DNA from: Eledone cirrhosa | Lineage: Eukaryota | Direction of reading: 5' to 3' | Assembly: GCA_964016885.1 (NCBI GenBank) | Contig: OZ024740.1 | Span: 116,250,001 to 116,314,000 of the forward strand | DNA length: 64,000 nt | Part shown: in pieces, positions 13,000 through 26,460 of the stretch | Numbering within the stretch: position 1 is the first letter of the stretch | How the letters are laid out: each line of letters starts with the position of its first letter | Position numbers and translations under genes: made by a program | Notes under the pieces: model-generated | Seen by the model: the letters and a program-made list of their open reading frames with translations, nothing else | Told to the model about the DNA's origin: nothing | Database searches by the model: none

Positions 13000-13084
<85 letters not shown>

Positions 13085-13087
<3 letters not shown>

Positions 13088-13268
13088 AACGAGTAGGACC
13101 CCGACGGCTGTGCTCAAGCCGTTTCGACGGCTAACAGAATTAGCCGTCGAAACGGCTTGAGCTCAGCCGTCGGGGTCCTACTCGTTCCTATTACCCACTC
13201 TACTACCCTAAGTATTGAGTACTTTGGTGCGTTATGGTCCGCCTGGTTCCTTACCACATTTCCTTCGT
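13085..13268. mobile_element. Family B short element with fold-back palindrome and HHR 3' half
   Basis: gacggctaa-cagaa-ttagccgtc-GAAA-cggct..agccg-TC-ggggtcc; related copy at 33545-33685. Confidence 0.7.
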
Positions 13269-13354
13269 TATATATATATATATATCAGTTGATTCAGGTT
13301 AAATATATATATATATATATTTCACTAAAGACGTGTATATATATATATATATAT

Positions 13355-14063
13355 ATAAACGGAAAAAATGAAACGAAATTTCATTTCTCACTCTTAGTAC
13401 GGCTGTTACTTAAATATAGGTATGTATACGTACATACATATATGTATACAGACGTACAGTAGTATGTATATATACATACATGCACACATATATATATGTA
13501 CGTATGGTCTCACCTAACATTTATTATAATGCTCGGTGTGTTTGTAAACACATCCATACGTACATATATATATGCATGTATGTATATATATATACTACTG
13601 TAAGTCTGTATACATATATGTATGTAGGTATACATACTTATATTTAAGCAACAGCCGTACTAAGAGTGAGAAATGAAATTTCGTTTCATTTTTTCCGTTT
13701 ATCGTTTTCGGTACCCCGGCCGATTAACTCACTCGATATGCAAATTAGTCTGCTCAGCCGTTAATATGCATAAGGAAAGTATATACTTTCAGACGTTCAA
13801 CCATCTGGTAGGAAGGTATACGTTGCTGACGATAGCTAATAAGCTTGAAACTAGTACAGGGTTCCTTTGTCAGTGTTGAACAAATGAGCAACGATAGTTG
13901 CTAGACACTGTACGGCTTAATTCGGGATGTTTGTTTACAAACACACCGAGCATTATAATAAATGTTCGGTGAATCCATACGTACATATATATATATGTGT
14001 GCATGTATGTATATATACATACTACTGTACGTCTGTATACATATATGTATGTACGTATACATA

Positions 14064-14068
<5 letters not shown>
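13355..14068. mobile_element. Family C ~420-bp HHR element: 1.2 head-to-tail units plus an inverted partial arm
   Basis: Direct repeat 13552 vs 13973; inverted arm 13355-13550; homologous to 53162-53690. Confidence 0.85.
13821..13860 (+). ncRNA. Type I minimal hammerhead ribozyme (family C)
   Basis: cgttg-CTGACGA-t-agct-aata-agct-t-GAAA-ctag-TA-cagg. Confidence 0.75.
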
Positions 14069-14132
<64 letters not shown>

Positions 14133-14268
14133 AGAAAGTGAGGGTTTTTTTACAAACCAAAAATAACCGGTGTCCTACACAAGTGAAAGTATAATGAAAA
14201 AAAGATGAAATCGAAAATGCAACTGGTGTCTTATTTTAAAAAAATATATATATATTTATTTACTTGGT

Positions 14269-14308
14269 TCCTTTACCGGTTTCGCAGTTCTTCTGCTTTT
14301 CAAAAGTA
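14269..14308 (-). ncRNA. Degenerate hammerhead motif
   Basis: Reverse complement: ctt-TTGAAAA-gcag-aagaa-ctgc-GAAA-ccgg-TA-aag; two core substitutions. Confidence 0.5.
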
Positions 14309-14699
14309 GAGTTGAGATGGAGGTTTTTCTCACATCTGGTTGGTCTTTGAATGTTACTTGTTGTATATGGAAAAAAGTGGCTCGAAAGGCCAGGTTTTTA
14401 GAGAAGTAATTTGATTGGTTGGTCAATAATTATAATAAATTTCGCGCCAGTTCGCGTTACAAAGTTCTTCACAAACAAGGGGGGGGGGGGCTCAGGTTGT
14501 TTTTTCATATATGAGTGTTTGAATTTCTTTTTACTTAAAAAAGGGGGCTCACGATGGCTTTTTTTTAATAAACGTAATTTGATTGGTTATAAATGAAATT
14601 ATCTCTGTCACGTGAACAAGTTTTCATTAAATTTCGCGACCTTATTTGGAAATCTATTCTGTAGCCTTTTTAGAGAATTTTATGACAAGCAAAAGATAA

Positions 14700-15606
14700 T
14701 TATTTCTAATTTAGGCACAAGGCCAGCAATTACCCAGTGCATTACTGGTACTTTATTTTATCGACCCCCTAAGGATGAAAAGCAAAGTCAACCTCGGCGG
14801 GATTTGAACTCAGATCGTAAAGGGACGTAACTATGTTGGAAAGCATGGCGTCCGACCCTCTACCGATACTGCCAATCCACGGCCGACAAGCAAAAGATAA
14901 TGGTCAAGAGAAATGGGATGGGAGAATTGTTCTGGTTCAGTGAATATGGTTAGTTCGCTGGAGAGTCAGAATTCAGATTTTCTTTTGAAATAAAGAATGT
15001 AAAGATATGTATGTTTATTTGTGTGCTTGTGTGTCAGTATCGGTAAAGGGTCGGACACCATGCTTTGACGCATAGATTTACGCCCCTTGCCATTCTGAGT
15101 TCAAATCTCGCCGAGGTTAACTTTGCCTTTCATCCTTGCGGGGTCGATAAAATAAAGTACCAGTAACGTACTATGGTCGATTTACTCGAATTGTTTTCCT
15201 CCAAAATTGTTTGTTTTGTGCCTAAATCGGTAGAAAGTTGGACAGCATAGAGTTACAGCTCTTTACAGTCTGAGTTCAAATCCCGCCGAAGTTAACTTTG
15301 GCTTCATCCTTACGGGGTCGTTAAATTAAAGTACCAGTAATGCACTGGGGTAATTTCTGGCCTTGTGAAAAATGTAGAAGCAATTATTATAGGTGGGTAG
15401 ATTGGCAGCATCGACAGGGCGTAGGACAACATGGTGTGTAGAATAGAGGTACGGCCCTTTACGTTCTGAGTTCAAATCCCTTCGAGGTTAGCTTTGTCTT
15501 TCATCTTTATGAGGTCGATAACGTAAACCACCAGTAATGCACTGGATCGATTTAATCTACTTTCTCCTATCCTCAAATTTGTTGGCTTGTGCCTAAATCA
15601 GAAACT
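14700..15606. mobile_element. Cluster of four copies of an abundant tRNA-derived SINE (one -, three +)
   Basis: Shared GAGTTCAAATCCCGCCGAGG (B-box-like) and TTTCATCCTTACGGGGTCGATAAAATAAAGTACCAGT body. Confidence 0.8.
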
Positions 15607-16277
15607 ATAATAATAATAATAATAATATATATATATATAATCATATATATATATATGGGGGAGGGGGTCTCTATCTTTTTCTCTCCCCAAACCCCAAATA
15701 TGTCTTGCCTTTTCTGTTTCTCCCCTCGTGCTCAACCTCTTATTTTCTCTAACTTTCTCTCAGTCTGTCTCTGTGTTCCCTTCGCCCTCTCTCTCTCTTT
15801 GTTTTTCTCTCTTACCAGTCTCCTTGTTCCGCCACATTCTCCCGACATTTTCACAATTTTAAACGTTTTTCCTCTTGTTTTCACAAAATCTTGTTTTTCT
15901 CTAATTTTTCCTATTATATACACCTCCCCACTTTCGTAACACCCCCTACTTCCGTTTTTTTCTATTCCATTTCCTTTTGTCCTTTTTATTTTCTTTTTCT
16001 TGCCTCATTCACTTCATTTCTATCATTCCTTCTATTTTCTTTATTACTTTTCTGCTACAATTTTATCTCCTTCGCTTTCTATTGTTGCTATTTACAATCA
16101 TCGTTATCTCTACCCATTCTCTTCTATTTTTACTGAGACATAAACTTGGAAGACCAGAAACATACAGGGTTTATTGTAATATAGGTTGTCCCCACATGTC
16201 CGGCGCCTAGGTATTCAGCTATTTAATCTAGTTCTACAATGTGTGCCTCTTTCTTGCATCTCATTCTTCCAAATATA

Positions 16278-17020
16278 ATTATTAAAAAATTAAAGGTTTG
16301 GGTTGCGAGATTTATTTAATGAAATTACGGAAATTACTGTAATTTCATTACATAAATCTCGCAACCCAAACCTTTAATTTGTTAATAATATTTTAATTTT
16401 TAAATTTAAATTTAAATTTTTAATCCTATAACTCTAAACATAAGTTTAACGTTCCAATTTTTTGTTCACACATTATACCATACATTATATATGCCTCTGT
16501 TAAAATATAGGTTCTTTGGAATAACATTTTTCGCGGCGATTTCTAGCCTGACTGTAGTGTGACCCTTACGCTGACTTTTCTTCTTTCTTTCTTCCTTCTT
16601 TTTTTTTATTCTCTGGCGGAGAGGTGGTAGTACATTATAAGCCTTCGGCCCCTCACCAGATGGCGACTGACCGAGATGAAAGCAGCTAGTTGGTCAGTCG
16701 TCCTCTTTGTCTTTGATTTTCGGACCCATGGATTTTATCTGTTATATTCCTTTGTTATATTTCGAATAGCTGATGATATCACCGGATTCATACGGAACCC
16801 GGTCATTGAAATGATCATAGTATAATAAACCTTTCAAGGATTTACACCAGTCCAGCCTCCTGTTATTTTATTTATAATAATTAACTCCGTATTCGCACCA
16901 CCAACTATACAAACGAAGACGGGTGAGTTGCATTACGTTGAGTAATCTCCATAATATTACATCAAGATTGACCCTACGGAATGACCAATTCTATCCAGTG
17001 GTGAACAAACAAACCTAAAT
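16278..17020 (+). mobile_element. Penelope-like element 3' remnant with short 5' inversion
   Basis: Palindrome 16278-16389; decayed RKLL*FHYIN..FN resembles the PLE GIY-YIG C-terminal motif; downstream HHR; ends at (TA)n. Confidence 0.55.
16766..16823 (+). ncRNA. Type I hammerhead ribozyme motif
   Basis: atag-CTGATGA-..accgg..ccggt..-GAAA-tgatca-TA-gtat. Confidence 0.7.
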
Positions 17021-17106
17021 AAATATATATATATATACATATATATACAGAGAGAGTGTGAGAGAGAGAAAGAGAAGAGAGAGAAAGAGATAGATAGAGA
17101 GAGAGT

Positions 17107-17455
17107 TGATCAACCTTGTCGAAGGCCTTTGCAAAGTCGAGTTATATCACATCTAAGTTCGAGTGGTCTAGCAGCTGTTTGGGTGTCCATTCATAATGGT
17201 GTAACAGCTCCGTAAGCCAATTTCTACCCGGGCGAAAGTCATGCTGAGTGTCGACTAGAAGACCATTTTCCTCTAGAAAAGTGATCAGTTTCCTTCTGAT
17301 GAATTTACTGATATGTGAGGTCAGGGAGACAGGTCTGTAGTTTTTAGTATCTGATCTGCTTCCTCTGTTATGGATAGGAAATATTATGCCTTCTTTTGGT
17401 TTTCCGGGTAGTTTACCACTTGCAAGGTATATTTGGAAGAGGATCTGCAGCGACA
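17107..17455 (-). mobile_element. CR1/L2-like LINE RT fragment
   Basis: NYRPVSLTSHISK..QHDFRPGR..LDVI*LDFAKAFDKVD. Confidence 0.8.
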
Positions 17456-18318
17456 GACACGCATACACACATATTCAACAGTTCAAAAACAATGAATGTT
17501 CTCCATATTTTATTACCTTCAAAGTGACTACTAGTATATTTTATACCAGTGACTACTAGCACATGTTATAATGGTTTCTAGTTTAGCCACAAGCCTGGTG
17601 CTTCATTAGTCCGGGGTTTATTCTGGTTTTCATTGGAGTACAAGATATTCCTATGGACAGGATGCCTGTAAATAACAAGGTTAACTCCTAGCAACCGTAC
17701 CTCAAATTCAAAGGGCCAGCTTTGTCACGCACTGTGTCACGCTGAATCTCCCTGATCCAAAATATCTCGGATCAAAGACAGTCTATTGTATTTGTTTAAC
17801 ACCAAGTCAGTCCTGATCCAACAGATCTACGATAAACAGCAGTCTGTTAAGGGCACGCGTGTCTGAGGAATGCACAATCACTTGCACGTTAATTTAATGA
17901 GCAGACTCTTCTGTTGTCCGATGAACTGTAACATTCGTTATCAGAACCGACGGAGGTCCAAAGCGTGCACACACTTACACACACACACGCACACGCGCAC
18001 ACACACACTCACACACACGCGCGCGCGCGCGCACACACATACGCACATATACACACATTCATCCATCCACCAGCATTGTCATACTAAAATATGTAACATG
18101 TCACCAGATTAAACAGCTTCTCTATTTAATCTCATCAGTTATTTAGCTTATTTATTATCTAGGTCATAATTCTTCCGTCTTCTTAATTGTTAATCTCTCG
18201 CTATTTTCGACAATTATTGTCTCTACTTATGTTTTGATAAAGGATATCGCCACTTTGGCTTATAAAACATGAAACATTGAGACGTCGAACAAAAAGCCGT
18301 AGAAACATGTCTTGTTGC

Positions 18319-18359
<41 letters not shown>

Positions 18360-18380
18360 TATATATATATACATATATGA

Positions 18381-18444
<64 letters not shown>

Positions 18445-20375
18445 CTTTGACCCTAGTTGTGCTTGATCCGGACTGGCTTTGTATTAGGACTGACTTGGTG
18501 TTAAACAACTTCTACAAGCTACCGTTGATCATATATCTGCTGAACCAGGACTGAATTATTAAACAACTAGAACAAACTGTCTTTGATCCTATGTCGCAAT
18601 CATTAGATCTCGGGTGTGTTCCACTACGTGGTTTCTTGCCACGGTGTCATTTAGCAAGCAGTGGGACTGAACCCGAAACTATGTACTTGCTCCTATGTAA
18701 TTAAATGAAAACCAGTTCAGAACCTACTGGCAACTAATTGTAATCTTTGATAACAAAACGTGATTTCTTATAATGGTATTTTTACTTAATATTTTTCATA
18801 GTAGGAACGGGGTGGTTGTAAGTCTTTTCCTTAAAAGTTACAGCGTTTCTTTTGAAGCAGTTCTGACCGAAATCAAATTGTAGACACGCCAAAGCATGGG
18901 TGTAATTGATATAGCTAAATGGAACATTCTAGACTACAATGTATTGCTTCACGCTCCATAGATAACTATTTCACACCTAATTATACAATGTTCTTAGAAG
19001 CCTGGATTGAAGTTCCTGCTTGAAAGCAATTATTCACATTCAAAGCAAACATTTCATTATTATTTCGATGAACAAAAACATTATAGATGAGGTGTAATTT
19101 AGACCCAACTTTTAGAAAATGCGGCAATCTTTCTCTTGTTTCTGTGCTGGGACAACGTTTGTTTGAATATTCAGTTCTCTTTTTATAAATCATATTAGAT
19201 TTTGAAATTCAGAGTAGATTCGAAAATGCCGAATGGATACGGTTTCGACCTTTGTTGAAGATTCATATGTTATGATCTTTCGCTTGTATAGTAGTGTACC
19301 TTGAATGAAGGGTCATGTGTTGACCAATTTCTGGTGTAGTTGTGAACCTTGTGTGAAAGGTCGTACATTACAACCTATCATTGCAACAGTGGTGGAGAAA
19401 GTTATGACCCATCGATGGTGTAGTAATGAACCTTGGATATGGGTACATGGATTATGATCTATCCACCGATACATTGGATGAGAGGTCATAAGTTATTATA
19501 CATTGGATGACAGGTCATAAGTTGTGACCCATTAATGATGCAATCGGGAAGAATTGAATGAATCCCTGCTGGGATTTCGACGATGAGCGTTCCAGTTGTT
19601 TGACCAGAAGGTCAAACTGGTCATAAAATTAACATGTATGTGATTGAGCATTTCAGAGACACGCATACCTTTAATGTAATTGTCAGGAAGAAATGATATT
19701 TCAGCTCAGAGTTTAGGGTCAAATACCAAGGCATTTAATCCGATGTTCTAGCGACTCTACCAATTCGCCATCTGATAAAAGAACAGCCTGATTATGCAAT
19801 GTCTGACTAGAATGAGAATTCTGTTTCTTCGTATTTTTAATGTGTTGCTGCTGCACGTAAGTGGACATAGCATGGTCAGTTTCGTTGGCGAGTGTTTTAG
19901 TTATTCGATCAACGGAACAACCTGCTCGTGAAATTGACGTGCAAGTGGCTGGATATTCGATTGACACGTGTACCCTAAACATATTTCTCGCCAAGATTCA
20001 GCGAGATTCAACGTGTGACAATGCTGGCCTTTCGAATTACTGTTGGCCTTATTTATAGCACCGGCTGTGTCAAGAATCTACTGTAATAGAAGGGACTTGT
20101 TAGTTGTTGTCATATACGTGAGGTTTGCCAGACGTGGTAACAAGTTTATCTGCCTATCTTCTGTCACCAATCAGTTTGTAATAACTAATATCATTGACAT
20201 TAAAATGGGGACGTTAATGAGGGGTAATTTAATTACAAGGTGAAATATATAATTACCTTATTTGCTAATGAGATGTAATTCAGTTACAAGGTGTAATATA
20301 TAATTACCAACAGAAAGATGAAGCGTTTATTGTCGGCTGTCAGTTCTCTATGTACCTTCTGTCATCACATGGCCG

Positions 20376-20513
<138 letters not shown>

Positions 20514-20864
20514 TTAATTTGTTGTAAAATGTTAACATAAGTGGACATAGCGACGTTATCTGTGGAGGGCAGATGTCAGTGTAGTGTTGGTGTAAAAGTC
20601 AACAAGGGAACTGGGGGCTTTATAGAGGTGAATACTAACATAGGTGGACATAGTGGCGTCTTCTATACAGCCCAGAATCCACTGAATTACTGCTTAATAT
20701 AGTGGTGGTGTGTAGAGGATGAACATGAGAATTATAGCTTTGTATAGTGTTGTGTAAGAGATGAATTAGTGAACAGTGGAGAGAGTATAGCATGCTCAGT
20801 CTGTCGTACTGTACCTCACATCACAACATGTCCACATTGTACCTCATACGTTTCTTCAAAACAT

Positions 20865-20926
<62 letters not shown>

Positions 20927-21009
20927 TTACTACTGATGATGCTGCTGCTGCTAATGATAATAACAATATCATCAAAAGATCGTGCCTGATTGTAGTTGTA
21001 GCCCCCCTC

Positions 21010-21916
21010 CCTTTGACACAAGTGTGCAAGAAAAGGAGAAAATTAACCGATACCAGTATTTAAAGAGGGAATTAAAAAGGATGTCCAAGGATGGTTAAAG
21101 AACATTAGTCCAGCCCTTTTTTTTTAACACTTCAACGGGCATGATTTCTGGGAACAGCCAGTAGCCTCCGATACGTCCTGAATATCTGTGGCTGCAAGTA
21201 GCGGCTTGATGCTCATTTGAACAAACTTTCCAGTTTAATAACGTCGATGACTGAGAGTCCAAGAAAATAAAACCTAAACAGGCATGACAGAGCTGCACAA
21301 TACATACATTGGATAATGTGTAAGCATTTTCACCTGCCCCATCAAAAGAATTGGTGGGAGCATCAACCACCTCCCGTACTCGAAAAAGATCACATCTCAA
21401 TCTTGTGGAACTTTAGCATCCAAACATACCGAAAAATAGATGCAAATAGACCTGATATAATACTGAAGGACTTTCAAAAGAGGGTATGCCTGCTAATTGA
21501 TATGTCCGTTCCAATAGACAATAATGTATCAATAAAAACATTTGAAAAATTGAGCAAGTATAAAGACCTGGAGATAGAAATTGGAAAAATATGGAAGTTG
21601 AGAACTAAAACAATACCAGTGGTTGTAGGCGCTTTAGGAATGATACATAAGGGGGCCTTATGATTACTTATCCCAAATCCCAGGAAACCCGCGTATAGAA
21701 GAAATTCAAAAGATAGTACTAATGGGAACTGCCCATATACTAAGGAAGATTCTGTCAATATAAGTACATCACAAGTCTAAACACCCAAAGATACATGTGT
21801 GTGTATATATGTTCTTTCTTGAACATGGCGGACCTTGTTGTCTCTTGAGGTCACTAGTTGTGACTTGGTGATAACTCGTATGAACATAAAGCAAGATAAA
21901 TGCAATAATAATAATC

Positions 21917-21956
<40 letters not shown>

Positions 21957-24020
21957 AAGTGGGAGGTAAAAAGGATTTGGAACTGCCATGAAGTCAAAGT
22001 GGTCCCGATTGTCATAGGCGCACTAGGTACTATCTCAAAAAGTTTCCAGGAATGGTTAAAGAAAATTGACCCCGCCACGCTTTTTGGAACGCTTCAAAAG
22101 GCATGCTTGCTGGGAACAGCAAGAACCCTCCGATACGTCCTGAATATCTGAGGCTGCAGGTAGTGGCTTGATATTCATTTCAACAAACTTTCCAGTTAAC
22201 TAACATCAATGACTGAGACTCAAAGAACAATAATAATAATAGGATAGGATGACTAGGAAGCTATTGACTATCTACAACATGTTCCACAAGAGGAGTGATG
22301 TCGATAGACTCTACTTAAGGAGATATGAAGGTGGAAGAGGTCATATCAGCATAGAGGACTGTGTTCCGGTGGAGAAAAACAACCTACACAAATACGTGAC
22401 TGATAGTAGGGAGCCAATGCTCAGAATTGTACTGAAGGAGAGGACAATAGACCATGTCCATGGAGAAAATAACAACAAGGAGAAAGAGCAACCTTCATGA
22501 AAAATCCCTTCATAGTACCTTCTTTGAGAAAACTGAATTTAGAGATCCACAGACATGGAACTGGTTGAAAAGAGACCTTAAAAAGGCTACAGAAGGAATG
22601 CTAATGGCTGCGCAAGAGCAGGCACTCAAAACGAAGTGGGTGAAACACCCTATTTACAAGGAGGGGGCTAGCCCACTGTGTAGGATCTGTAGAGAGAGGA
22701 GACTGTGGCTCACATTGTATCCGAGTGTAAACACCTAGCTCAGACTCACTATAAAGGCTGGAGACATGATGTGATGGGCAGGGTGATCCACTGGCACCTA
22801 TGCAAAGTAAACAATTTACCACATTCTGAGAAGTGGCATGAGCATAAGCCAGAGTCGGTGATAGAAAACGATCAGGTGAAGATGCTATGGGATTTTAGGA
22901 TACAGACAGATAAGAAACTGGAACACAATAGGCCTGACCTGGTGGTTTTGGACAAGGAAAAAAGATCGTGCCTAAATGTAGATGTAGCCTGCCCATTTGA
23001 CACGAGAGTGCAAGAAAAGAAGAGGGAGAAAATTAACCGATACCAGGACTTAAAGTGGGAGGTAAAAAGGATTTGGAACTGCCATGAAGTCAGAGTCGTC
23101 CCGATTGTCATAGGCGCACTAGGTACTATCTCAAAGAGTTTCTAAGGATGGTTAGAGAAAGTTAGTCCAGCCCCGCTTTTTGGAACACTTCAAAAGGCAT
23201 GCTTGCTGGGAACAGCAAGAACCCTCCGATACGTCCTGAATATCTGAGGCTGCAGGTAGCAGCTTGATATTCATTTCAACAAACTTTCCAGTTAAATAAC
23301 ATCAATGACTGAAACTCAAAGAACAATAAAAATAATAATAATAATAATAATATAGCCAATGTTGTCTCAGAATGCTCGCAAATGAATACAAAACTTGGAG
23401 ATATGATAAAGTGGCAGCAGTAATACATTGGGGATTATGTAAAAAGTTTGGGTTCAACTGTAATGGAAAATGGTATGACCACTTTGTAACAAAAGATATG
23501 AAAGTACTGGAAAATGAAGAAGCCAAATTTCTGTGGGAAATTAATATGATAAGATTTATATAAACGGAAACAAAGATTGATCACAACAAAGACATAGTTC
23601 TGATAGTCAGGAAAGAAAGAAAATGTTTTATTATAGATGTAGCATGTCATTTTGACACGAGAATAAAAGATAAATAAAAAGAAAAGAAAAAACTACTCCA
23701 ACGATCTCAAATATAAAGTATTGAGGGGTGAAGTTAATAAGGTAATATTGGTACCAATAATTATAGGTACCCCTGTGATGTGTAACATACAATCTTACAA
23801 AGATTTGCAACAAATTGGATTTGATATTGGTATAGAGGCTGTACAATAAGCATGCCTACTTGGCTCTGCCAGAATAATTAGAAAGGTGATGGATACCACC
23901 TAGAAGATTAAAAAGCAAATCTTATCATCTTAAGCTCTGAGATGAGGCCTGATGGTAAACAGAAAAATACCGGTAGTTAACATCTCAACACTGGGCAATG
24001 ATAAAGATAACATTTAATAA
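21010..24020 (+). mobile_element. Stack of five 5'-truncated R4/Dong 3' ends
   Basis: Pieces at ~21010-21230, 21260-21900, 21950-22230, 22241-23330 and 23355-24015 carry RLE C-terminal motifs (RPD, KY.DL, PIVIGALG); the last four each end in (TAA)n. Confidence 0.85.
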
Positions 24021-24462
24021 TAATAATGGTTTCTGAATTAGACAAAACACCAACAATTTTGGGGGAGGGAAAATCGATTAAATCGACCCAGTACGTTACT
24101 GGTGCTTTATTTTACCAAACCCGCAAGAATGAAAGGCAAAGCTAGCATATTCAACAACACCATACAGAAATAAAGTGGTCGATGGAAAGAGTACAATATG
24201 TCCATACTGTCAAACTCTACCTCACACGATTAATCACCTCATCCATCACTATAATGTATGGTCCTCAGATAAGCCAGAGACAGGGCCGGATTAAAACAAC
24301 TAAGGGCCCTGGGCTGCAGCGCACTTAGCTCATCTGTAAATCCGGTACAGGCCTGAAACATTGTATATCTAGAACAATAAGATTTCTAAGTTGTACTTTT
24401 GTCGTTCAGCTGTCAAAGTGCGTGCCATAGGTTTATTGGATCGCGGCTGACCTGGGGCTACA

Positions 24463-24820
24463 CAACAATAATAACCACCACCACCACAACAACAACAATA
24501 ACAACAACATCAACAACAGCAACAACAGCAACAACAACAGCAACAACAGCAACAACAACCACAGCAATGACAACAATGATGATAACACCAGCAGCACCAA
24601 CGAGGACGACGTCAACACCAGGAACAACAAACATAACCACCACAACAACAACAACATCTACAGCAATGACAACAACGACGACGACAACACCAACAACACC
24701 AACGAGGAGGATGTCAATACCAGCAACGACTACCATAACCACCACTACCACAACAACAACCACAGCAATGACAACAACAACGACAATATCAACAATACCA
24801 AAGTGGACAATAACAACATA
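24463..24820. repeat. (ACA/ACC)n low-complexity trinucleotide repeat
   Basis: Direct inspection. Confidence 0.9.
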
Positions 24821-25045
24821 TTTATTTGTTTCGTCTTTATTAGAAACAAGATTTAAAATGTTATATTTTTCTCCTCCAGAAATGCAAGACTATCACGCCA
24901 TAATAAAAATTGAATCATATTTAAAAACAATAGATCTTTTCCTTTATCCCCTTGTGTGTCAGTGTGTGTATGTTTGTGAATGTGCATATATATATATATA
25001 TATATATATGTGTGTATGTGTGTGTATGTGTGTTTGTGAATGTGC

Positions 25046-25081
<36 letters not shown>

Positions 25082-25118
25082 ATGTGAATGTGTGTGTATG
25101 TATATTTATATATATATA

Positions 25119-25281
25119 TTACGTTTAGACAGCTTAGCAAATTGAAGACAGCGACCGATAGGCGAGCCGCAGTGACCAAAGCGACGGGTTTCCCGAGTTC
25201 AGTTTTTTTTTTTCGTCGCTTTGGTCACTGCGGCTCGCCTATCGGTCGCTGTCTTCAATTTGCAAAGCTGTCTAAACGTAA
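25119..25281. repeat. Inverted repeat with ~68-bp arms (family E)
   Basis: 25119-25186 is the reverse complement of 25214-25281; GAAA-CCCG-TC half-core on the minus strand at the inner edge. Confidence 0.85.
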
Positions 25282-25594
25282 TGTTATTATAACTCTAAGG
25301 TAATATACCTTATTGAGTGCTTAGCTGCACACCCCGATTGCATTCGTTAGCTTAGCTGCAGCCAGAGCTTCGATTATGCTGTACTAAATTTTGTATATAT
25401 ATATATATATATATATAATAATTAAGTGGGGGTTCTCAGCCGGGGTTTGAACCCCCGGGGAACCCTTTGATTAAAATGAAATATACGCAAGTAATCAAAT
25501 GGACATGAGCCCACACACGCGTCAAGTTTCATCAAGATCGGTTTGGTAGTTTTTGAGTTCTAGGTTCACAAACACACAAACAGAAATTGCCATT

Positions 25595-25657
<63 letters not shown>

Positions 25658-25660
<3 letters not shown>

Positions 25661-25806
25661 AATAATAATAAATTTGAAGACTAAAATCCAAGAAGGGCTC
25701 GATAAGGATAAATATATATCAGATATATAAGAACCGTAGAGCAAATATTTATTAAAATAACAGATTAAAGTTTAAGCAAAGAATCGCTGCTTTCACCCTT
25801 AACGGG

Positions 25807-25812
<6 letters not shown>
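25658..25812 (-). mobile_element. Family F short element in microsatellite with partial HHR-like end
   Basis: Reverse complement GAAGA-tccc-gttaa-gggt-GAAA-gcagc; other copies at 30600-30755, 46278-46366, 47966-48066, 29889-29940. Confidence 0.7.
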
Positions 25813-25895
<83 letters not shown>

Positions 25896-26127
25896 GTGTA
25901 CGTGTGTGTTATTCAGTCAAATTTGTAACTTCATTAATTCAAGACCTTTAGATTACAGTTGAAATTTCTCACAGCTGACAATATAAGGATAGCTTTATCA
26001 ACAGTTTTACCCAGATTCTACAAAGCTCACATTGTAAGACAATAAGGTTCGAGGAAAATCGTTTTCCATTCCACTATAGCCATTATTTCTGCAATTACCT
26101 ATTCGTAAATTTTTTTCATTATGTTAC

Positions 26128-26460
26128 TGGCTCTTCCAGCGCATCTCCCTTACCATCCTCCGGGAAAATGCCTTCTCTGCCGGGCTGAGGGGCGGCCAGC
26201 ACATGGGACCCCATTTTCTCATAATACAGAGAGATGGGGAGGGCGAGAGAGATGGAGATGATGACAGTGGGAGTTTGGTTCATCCGTGTTCGGACCTGGT
26301 GTGCAGCGTTAGTTGTCCGTAGGGAGGTTTGTACTTAGTGAAGGTTTTTAGAACTTTGTGTTTGCGATTCCTTTATGTATTATCGGGCCCATTGTGTTCT
26401 AAATGTTTTCCCTCTAGCACAATAATTGGAATCTGTATCTTGTCTTTTAAAATCGTGTCT
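26128..26460 (+). mobile_element. CRE-like LINE extreme 3' fragment
   Basis: LFQRISLTILRENAFS resembles the CRE C-terminal motif. Confidence 0.5.

Noticed and set aside
24399-25145. Thr-rich mucin-like ORF (also 38438-39355)
   Set aside because: Trinucleotide low-complexity sequence running into other microsatellites; no splice or domain support
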